NCBI GenBank assembly: GCA_965285935.1
Contig: OZ260663.1
Span: 14,012,001-14,076,000, forward strand
Reading direction: 5' to 3'
Origin: Ophelia neglecta
Lineage: Eukaryota
DNA length: 64,000 bases
In this document: piece after piece, positions 56,150 to 64,000 of the stretch
How the letters are laid out: every line of letters starts with the position of its first letter
How positions within the stretch are numbered: the stretch's first letter is position 1
Notes under the pieces: generated by a model
Database searches by the model: none
Seen by the model: only the letters and a program-made list of their open reading frames with translations
What the model was told of the DNA's origin: nothing
Translations under genes and position numbers: made by a program

Positions 56150-57060
56150 GCCTACTAGATTACGTCACAGTTCCATTAGTGTAGCCCTAGTATATAAAGG
56201 CTGGCTTAGAACACATTATGCACTAGAGAATGGATACCCGACAGCACACAGTCAAGTGTTGAAATGTCCCTCCTGCCTTGTACAATCAACAAGAATCCCC
56301 GTTTTTCTCACGAGAATTTGTCCGATGATGTTGATAAATGGTTCATGATGCATCGCTTGAACTTGAAAGGCTTTGGAACGATAGTGATAAATGATAAAGA
56401 CAAAACAGTCTGATTCTATGTTTTCAGTCTGAGCATATGAGTCACTTCAAATACATTTTATGAGCAATTAACATACCGAGTGCCCTATAGAACAATCAAC
56501 ACTGCTTTTCGTTGAAAAAATACCATTGAGGAAGAGACGAACTTTTAGCCCCTGCCTATACGTTATGAAGGGTAGATTTGAATAACGACTCCCATCAAGT
56601 CTGGTAACCCACCCTGTAGAATAAGCACATTGGCCTTCATTTACTTCTACGTGAATGCTGTATGGTCTCTTCATGGCAAAATGTGCCGCTGGTAGGAAAC
56701 CGCATCCATCACACATAACTGCCCCCGGGTTCGGATGGCACATCCGATCTCCATTTATTTCCAGCAGAATTTTTAGTCAATCTTTCTTCGCAGGTTGGTA
56801 ATTCAGTTTTAAAAAGATTCAGGATATTTTCCTAGAAACAAACAAACCAGAGATGATAACCTGTAATCCTAACGCTAACAAATTCCCTGATCGTAATGCT
56901 GGGTGTTTTGACTTATCTTGTTTTCAGATAAAACTACTGTTAAACCTGGCGGAATTGTGTTCTCGAATTATTCAGGGTCATAGTGTTGGTTGAATAATTG
57001 TTGCCTTCGGCAAAACTTGCACACTTGAAATTCGTGGAATGGTTTCAATCAGTTGACACT
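56150..57060 (+). pseudogene. Decayed hypovirus-like RdRp remnant
   Basis: ALENGYPTAH, INKNPRF, TAPGSDGTS (B), QTRDDNL (C, 56843-56863), VLELFRVIVLVE..LAHLKF (D/E). Confidence 0.6.
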
Positions 57061-57727
57061 TGCAGATTAGTTTCAATCGAAGAAACTCCCCAGCAATTTG
57101 AATAATGAGAGTCCCGAGATGAAATGAATGTAAAAAGCTCCCAGTCAAACTTATACTTAAGAATACATCTCTTGATTACTACATAGTGAATAGTACGCCA
57201 TTTCTACTAATAAACCACAGTATGATACATTTGTGAGACCATTCTTTATCGCCAAAATTATACCTATGCCTTTCTTTGTGTGTGACCTAGTGCAGTTTTA
57301 GTCGTTGACAGAATGTGATGGCATTGGTAGGTGATGATGGTATGCTTCCGTTCAGCAGTGACGTGTGATCGAAATAGTTGCGATATGTAATGACAGGTTG
57401 ATCCATTGTGCTAGCAGCTTGCAGCATAGCTTTCTGATTACTCATTACTATCATACCAGCATTGAATGAGTTCTTAGACTTATATTCTAAGCGTCTTATA
57501 GGCAATTAGCAATCCTGGCACAAAGAAAACTCACACTGGAGCTTTGAGTAAACGCGATCAATGCGTTGGGATAATTTTATTAGTTTTAAATGGATTTCAT
57601 TTTTCGTTGGAAATTAAGGCCTTTCCAACCAGGCATTGATGTTAACAGTATCATCTCTTAAGCTCTGCCTTGCGATTATGGCACTATCTGGTTGTAGGGA
57701 ATCTATTAAAAACTGCCAGATCATAAC

Positions 57728-57854
57728 TATGTCGTCGGTTCTAAAACTTTATATTAAGGCAAAATTTTATCACAAAAGATTATCTAGCGGTATGTCGTCG
57801 GTTCTAATACTTTATATTAAGGCAACATTTTTCCCGTGATAGATTATTTAGTGG
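57728..57854. repeat. Tandem duplication, 2 x ~63 bp
   Basis: tatgtcgtcggttctaa.actttatattaaggcaa at 57728 and 57791. Confidence 0.9.
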
Positions 57855-57964
57855 AATGCACAAATTAAAAACAGACTAGCATTATTTCTTGTAATAGGAC
57901 TCATAATGTAAGTGTCAACCAATAGCAATTGACATACATTTTCTTCAGACAATAATATGTATTG

Positions 57965-58765
57965 AATAATACATTGATTCCTGGGAAATACATCGAATAA
58001 TACCCTGATTCCTAGGAAATACACTGATTAATACATTACTTCATGTTGCGTTTACATGGGTAAACGCGAAAAAATACATTGATTTTTTTTCTGCTGACAA
58101 ATGCACAGAATCCTGGGTAATAATGGAATATTACATTGCCTCCTAGGTAGTAAATATGCCTAATAAACGGTCTAATATAACGTAATGCACGGACTCATAA
58201 GTGGTTACTTGCTAATACACCGACTAATGCATTGATTCAAGTGTTTTAACACAGACTTATACGCTGATTCCTGGATATTACACGGATTCATACACTGATT
58301 CCCTGGTTAAACACTGACTTAAACACTGATCCCTGGGTATTACACGGACCAATTATCTGAGACCTTGGTAATACACGGACTTCTACCCTGATTCCTGGGA
58401 AATACACGGATTTATACACAGAAATCTTGGTAATATACGGACTTCAACACTGGTTCCTGAGTAAAACGAAGACTGATACGCTGATCTCTGGATGATACAG
58501 GGAATCGTACACTGATAACTGGATAAAACCCAGCCTATTGCACTGATTTCGGGCAATACATGGACTTATACCCTAATGCCTAGGTAATGCACGGACTAAT
58601 ACACTGTTTCTAGGGCAATACGGAATAAATAAACAGATACCTGGGAACACAGACTTCTGCACTCATTCCTGGGTACAACAGGTAATTATACAGTGATTAA
58701 TGCATAAACACGGACTAATTCACTGATTGCTATGAAAAACACGGACTAATACGCTAATTGCAGGG
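57965..58765. repeat. Degenerate ~31-bp minisatellite
   Basis: Head-to-tail units close to atacactgattcctgggtaatacacggactt. Confidence 0.85.
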
Positions 58766-59549
58766 TTCCCACTGGAGTAACACATCAAGCTTAAACCAAA
58801 CAAACTAAAAACCGCGAGCAGATATGTTTAGCTATGGTAATAAGGGCTATGTGGGAAATGACTCTCAGGAAGTATTTGCAAACAGAACATTTTCTGCGTG
58901 TGGAAATATGTTGCTTTACAGTTCTTAAAAAACGGGAGTGGATACCCGGCAGGCAAAGCCAAATCAGTAGTATAAAATTAATCTTGAAGTTATTTGTATT
59001 GGTACTGACACTTCCTCCACTCTGATTTTGGTTTGCCTTGATTTTGTTAGGCGTTCAGCTGAAGGCTGCGTATGAAGTCAGACTTTTTTTATTGGTCCCT
59101 TCTCAACTAATGATGTAGAAAATAGCTAATGGCGTTTTTGCGTATTCTTTAATAGGCAATATCCCCAGTTTGGAACAATGCCATCTCCCATTATAGTGAT
59201 ATTATTATATACTGTCGAAAATATCCGTCGAAAAGATTGTAGCTGGGTCGATCCCAGATGAAAGTGGTGTAAGCCATTTTATCCACATATCTTTTTATGG
59301 TAAATATTTGACTGTGCTTAGATTTAGTGTCAGATATGTATGCACTGTTGCAAAATTCTGAGATGTTCTTCGCAAAAGATGGGCTATTCTTATCCGCATA
59401 CAATTATTTAATACAGCGGTAGTTTTAGAATGCATGCAATGTGACATATGTATACCTAAGTGAGTCAACTTTCAGAATATCGCCAATGCCAAGACCAACA
59501 AGACATGAATAGAAGTATCAGTCTGTGAAAGCCAAGTCCATAGCAATAA

Positions 59550-60720
59550 TTAGTAGATGCTTCAGGGGGAAAGAAACACAATGAGCATAGATTGGTTCTT
59601 TGAGCGTAGATTGTTGATTATATGAACAAGACCGGTATATTCGCCCCCTTCGGGTGTAGGCAGACTGTAATATTGTGTTCCATGAGCAATAATTAGGATC
59701 ACTTCTCTGATAGCATGTCGTTTTCGTTAAAGAAATGTAATCGGACAAGAACACTAAACAGGACTAGAAATGACCTTGGCAATACGAGCGCTGAGACCTA
59801 GTGCCAATCACGTAGCCCTGGCGGGAACCTTGCGTAAGCACCACCCGCGATGAAAGTGCACGGAAGTATTGTCTCTGTTGTGATATAGAGTATATTCTGT
59901 GTCATACGGATGATTGCCAATGCAAAGATTGTGATCTTAGATACAGCTGTCTGTCCAGTTATTCCCGTTAAGAGATCAGCCTATATTAATGAACAGAAAG
60001 AATTAGATGAATGCCTTGAAGTGTTCATATTAACACCAGACACTTCATGATGAAATGGGACAGATTAATGGAAAATTTCTGCCATTAATTTTGATTTATC
60101 TTCCTGTAATTCAGTCCCGTTTTATTATACATTATGGTATAGAACAATTAAAAACTCTCTGGCACATTGACCATTAAATAAGTACCCATGCGCTTAATAC
60201 ATTTGCTTTGAAATGTCTTAGTCGTATCTGGCTAATATGATATGCTAAAGGCTTTAAAATTGCGTGACTTATAAAAAATATCGGTGAAGTTTCTATTCGT
60301 ACAGAAGCCTTTTATGCAACTTTCGTAGCATTAGATTGACGTGTGTGCGCATTTTTGCCGTGTTGGTAATAGGGTTGGACGTAGTTTTCTTGAAAATTCT
60401 CGATTTATAAACATTATTGGTCAGGTTTTGTTTCGGGTTGAAGCTTCTTAGACAAATGCTGAAGCTTTGATTGGCGTGTTTGAAATTTGTTTTCGGTAAG
60501 ATCGGTGAACCTCTCCTATACCCACCCATCCACTGAAATATTATGTCTGTAAAACCTACGGCAATCGGCATCGTATTGTGCTTTTAGTCTTTCTTTGCAT
60601 ATTGAGAGAAATCCAACATTTTCTTTGAGAACAAGACTATTTCATTACCTACTTGATGCCCACAAAGTGGTCGAGCGAAACAAATATATCATTCCTTGGA
60701 TTCTTGTTATCTTTAACCTT
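59550..60720 (-). pseudogene. Decayed hypo/fusarivirus-like RdRp (motifs F, A, B, C, D, E in order)
   Basis: KDNKNPR (60694-60708), TMPIAVGF..FQWM (60554-60568; cf. TPIKVGMPLNGYWM), FSICLRSFN..RIFKK (A, 60437-60454), TGITGQTAVS (B, 59939-59968), LYHNRDNT (C, 59865-59888; cf. LYNTSDDT), LVFLS (E, 59743-59757). Confidence 0.7.
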
Positions 60721-61429
60721 TGTTTCATTTCTGCAATAACAAATTAAGTACAGTTATGATTTGTTATTTTGAGGAATAGAAAAGTTTTCCTCTTTTCCGC
60801 TTTAGCTGCCACAGTTTGTTTTCGACATTATCTTTCGTCAGTGATCATTAAGATAATAGCGACGATCTTACATCTGCGGCAAGGATTTAAAACAGCAAAA
60901 CGTGGAATAAAAATCAATCGCCCTCTTTAGGCTTTTTCTATATCAACACCTTCGGTTTGGACTATAAATCGGTTTTATATTTTATGTAGCATCTCACTAT
61001 CCGACGAATAATACGATTGCTTGGTAAAAAAGGCTATGTGTCTTCAAAGAAAGTGCTGCGTTTAATTAAGTGTGCGATGAATACTACTAGTAAATGTTTA
61101 CCTAAGACGTTTATGTGTTTGTTCTGGTTGGATTCAAAACTAGCTTCAAAATGTTATTAAGGATTAATGGAAGTAGTTCACACTGTGCTGTTTTAAGAAA
61201 TGTCTAAATATGAATACATCAACGAACATATATCTGGGAAAACTATAATACATCAACGAACATACACCTGCGACCCCAAATGATAAACCATCCTTCTTTT
61301 GTTCACGAACTGTTTTATCTGAAACTAGAGATTGATTTGTTGATGTGTGTAGGGCTTTGCAGCTGGTTCATGCTAACTAAATGGATTATTAACGGGCCGA
61401 TTTAATGGACTGTTCTTGCCCAATGGTTT

Positions 61430-61960
61430 GGCTTTGATTGCTGGGTATCCACTCCCAATTTTTAAACTGCCAATCAATAAAGTCTATTAAACAAACTGCA
61501 GAAGCATTGATCACGTCTTTTCTCCCCGAGGGGCCTATTATCCCAAGAACAAGGTACATGAACTAACTACTTATCTTAATATATAACGTTATAGCTATTT
61601 AAACTGATAAACAGAGTGCAGCGGAATTAGATCAATGCTGCGGTCAACTGATCAAATATGCATAGCGTAATATGATTCGTTTATTGATGGCAGAGGACCT
61701 AGTACCTTAATAGTCCCCAAAGACTGTTTAATGACTCACATTGCTCCTGACGGGGTCGTTATGCTACCATTTTGAAGTTAATTGGACACTTTAGGAGGCA
61801 AATCGGCAAGATGGAGACCTTGAATTCTTACTGATTGTCGATCACTCACTATTTATCTCGGCCACTCAGAGTTTGTTATGCTGATTGAGATGTAAACTAT
61901 CGTTAGTATAAAAGGGTGGAAGTCACAATCACGGCTACTTGAGCTGGATCAGCACTTAGG
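61430..61960 (+). pseudogene. Decayed RdRp N-terminal half
   Basis: All in a single frame: AGYP (61440), GAYYPKNKVH (61530), GIRSM..TD, ILTDCRSL (A, 61824-61847), IKGW (61908; cf. RKKGF). Confidence 0.5.
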
Positions 61961-62711
61961 AAACTTGGGTCTCCCCGCTGATACCTGTTAATGTACTAAC
62001 AATGGCTTAGAGAATGTACCACCTAGTCAATATTGGATAAAATCTAACGCGATTTACGTTGTGACTTCTATTACACAATTGCTGGCTTGTGAATCGAACA
62101 CGAGGATTGTGAAGGGGATAGTCCAAGGCACTTAAATTATGAAATGCCTACTTATTTAAAACTTTGCTTTTTAGTAAATAATAGAAGGCACACTCCTTAA
62201 AATGTCTTGTATGCTTCTTGCACACATAATGAATAAAAGGGATTTATTTTATTGGTATCATTTATGCTATTCCAAACTTATTAAATTAAAGCCAAATTCA
62301 CAATTTGTATTACCGGAAACGCCAATTGACAGGTATTGGCTACTTAAAATAAGTATTTTAATTTGCACATTCAGTTGTAGTTGACCACCAATATTGCCGA
62401 TAGTCTCTTCCTATTTCGTTTAGTTAAAATCAACTAGATTTCGTTGCTGTAATATAAGTTGGTTTTGAAATTTATCATGGTATTTTGAGATCTACAGAAA
62501 CATCGGTGTCTCCACTATTGTTTTGCATAGCTCGGAACACACAGATGACATGCCATTCGGACACCAGAATCACATTTATGTATTTATATTAGATCTCATT
62601 ATTTGGTCGGAGTTTATACACACTTGATAGGAAATGCACTAATGTTGTTTGGTACAATTGTTGCAATACAACTCACAATTAGTCTTTTACTACTGATTTA
62701 ACAATTACAGC

Positions 62712-62784
62712 ATGTTTTTTTCTTTTTCAGGTAAGTTGTTCTGAACAATTATGATAGTGTGACCTATGTCTTCATATGGTAAGT
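62712..62784 (+). promoter_or_regulatory. Recursive splice site 2 (AG|GT at 62730/62731) with 48-nt cryptic RS-exon 62731-62778
   Basis: gtttttttctttttcag|gtaagt, with branch-like ctgat/ttaac at about 62693-62702. A downstream donor atg|gtaagt lies at 62779. Confidence 0.8.
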
Positions 62785-64000
62785 AAACGAGATATGTTTG
62801 ACACGATGGTCAATTATTTCCGTTTAGTGGCAAAGTCGGTGGACCATTTAAAATGACCTAATTAGCCTTTTTTATGAACGTAATCATGGTAACGATTGGG
62901 AAGCGTCAATAAACAATCCTTTGTCGAGTCGCTGATAAGGCTGGGGACACTCTGACACGTCATACAATGATCAAACTAATACTTTTATTCGGCCACAGGA
63001 TTAGTTTATACAATTAGTTTATCACTAATTCAGATAGCAGACATGTATCACTTTCTCCGTTGCTTACAGAACGTACCTAGATAATGAAACTATTGTAGCC
63101 GGTCAAGCCTACGGCAAAACAAAATTTTTGATTTATCTATTTTCAATATAGTAATACTATATTTAATAATCTCCGCTGATCATCTATGAAACTGGACATT
63201 TAGAATTGCCATTCCTGAAATGAAATGCCACATCTCTCTTTGGAACAAATTCAGTTCATTGTCTTTTTTTAAATTTGACATATGCTGACGTTAGGTAATT
63301 TCCCACGGGGTCCGACAATGTTATTCTGCACATACACGTCATATTTGACTCTTGGCTTAGCGATTCTTGTTAATCCATCCCTTTCCTAGCTTATTTCCAT
63401 ACAATTTATAAAAAAGCAGAAACTCGGCAAGACATCGAAGAAAAAACGGGAAAACAAGCCAAATCATTAAATCGGTCCGAATGTATCAGAAAACCAGCAG
63501 CCACAGCCCCACACACATGAGTAAATTAATCTCCAGTTCCAATAAGTAAATAAACTAAATTGCAAATGATTAAGATGTGTCAACTACTAGGCGTTCTTGT
63601 TCTCATTCGCATATTTAATTAGCACGGAGTAAACAATTGGAAGAGGTACGGTGTATTTAGTATTTTCCCATTTCTGTTTATAGCAGTGTGTATTTGTACA
63701 ATTGACATATTCAGTTAAATAAAAAGCCTGCCTCTCAAATGCCTCTCCGACACATTATACTGGCTCGATTTCGTGGGCTCGATGACAATGTCGTATATAT
63801 GTTGTGCTGACTAGTAACAGTGAAGCCTTAACGAGGTAATGGGTTGCTGCCAATTATCTTACACTGCATTCACAAATTACATTAGCAGCAATGTACGATG
63901 AATCAGGATTGTTAAGATTGATATATACTGTTAAACAGTGCCACGAGATGAGGCATTGTGGTTTCGAAAGCAGTGACATTAGCCGCTAAGACATTACAAA

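Larger units (their letters stand above)
5603..64000 (+). other. Very long first coding intron (>58 kb) of the NPR-like gene
   Basis: Donor GTAAGC at 5603. I found no exon encoding the expected continuation (VVI/LC-S..D..R.IM) in the rest of the window. Confidence 0.75.

Noticed and set aside
57965-58765. CRISPR-like array
   Set aside because: Head-to-tail degenerate units without unique spacers, no cas genes, and a eukaryotic context.

Overview
AT-rich animal genomic DNA. The repeat types suggest a marine lophotrochozoan such as a mollusc (inference). The window holds one real host coding exon: the first coding exon (4807-5602, +) of a natriuretic-peptide-receptor/receptor-guanylyl-cyclase-type gene. 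It is followed by an intron of more than 58 kb that runs off the window end. Two unusual things stand out. (1) The non-coding DNA, both upstream of the gene and throughout the intron, appears packed with heavily decayed fragments of hypovirus/fusarivirus-like (Durnavirales) RNA-virus polyproteins. I count about 11 separate RdRp remnants, 3 SF2-helicase remnants and 3 UDP-glycosyltransferase remnants on both strands. I recognised these by manual translation against motifs recalled from memory, with no database search, and the boundaries are approximate. (2) The giant intron has two textbook recursive-splice (ratchet) sites, polypyrimidine-CAG|GTAAGT at 23656/23657 and 62730/62731. Each is followed by a second donor exactly 48 nt downstream. 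Also present: several MITE families, a three-layer nested transposon stack, a SINE tail with target-site duplication, micro- and minisatellites, and a ~5.4-kb duplication flanking a 100-N gap that is probably two uncollapsed haplotypes.
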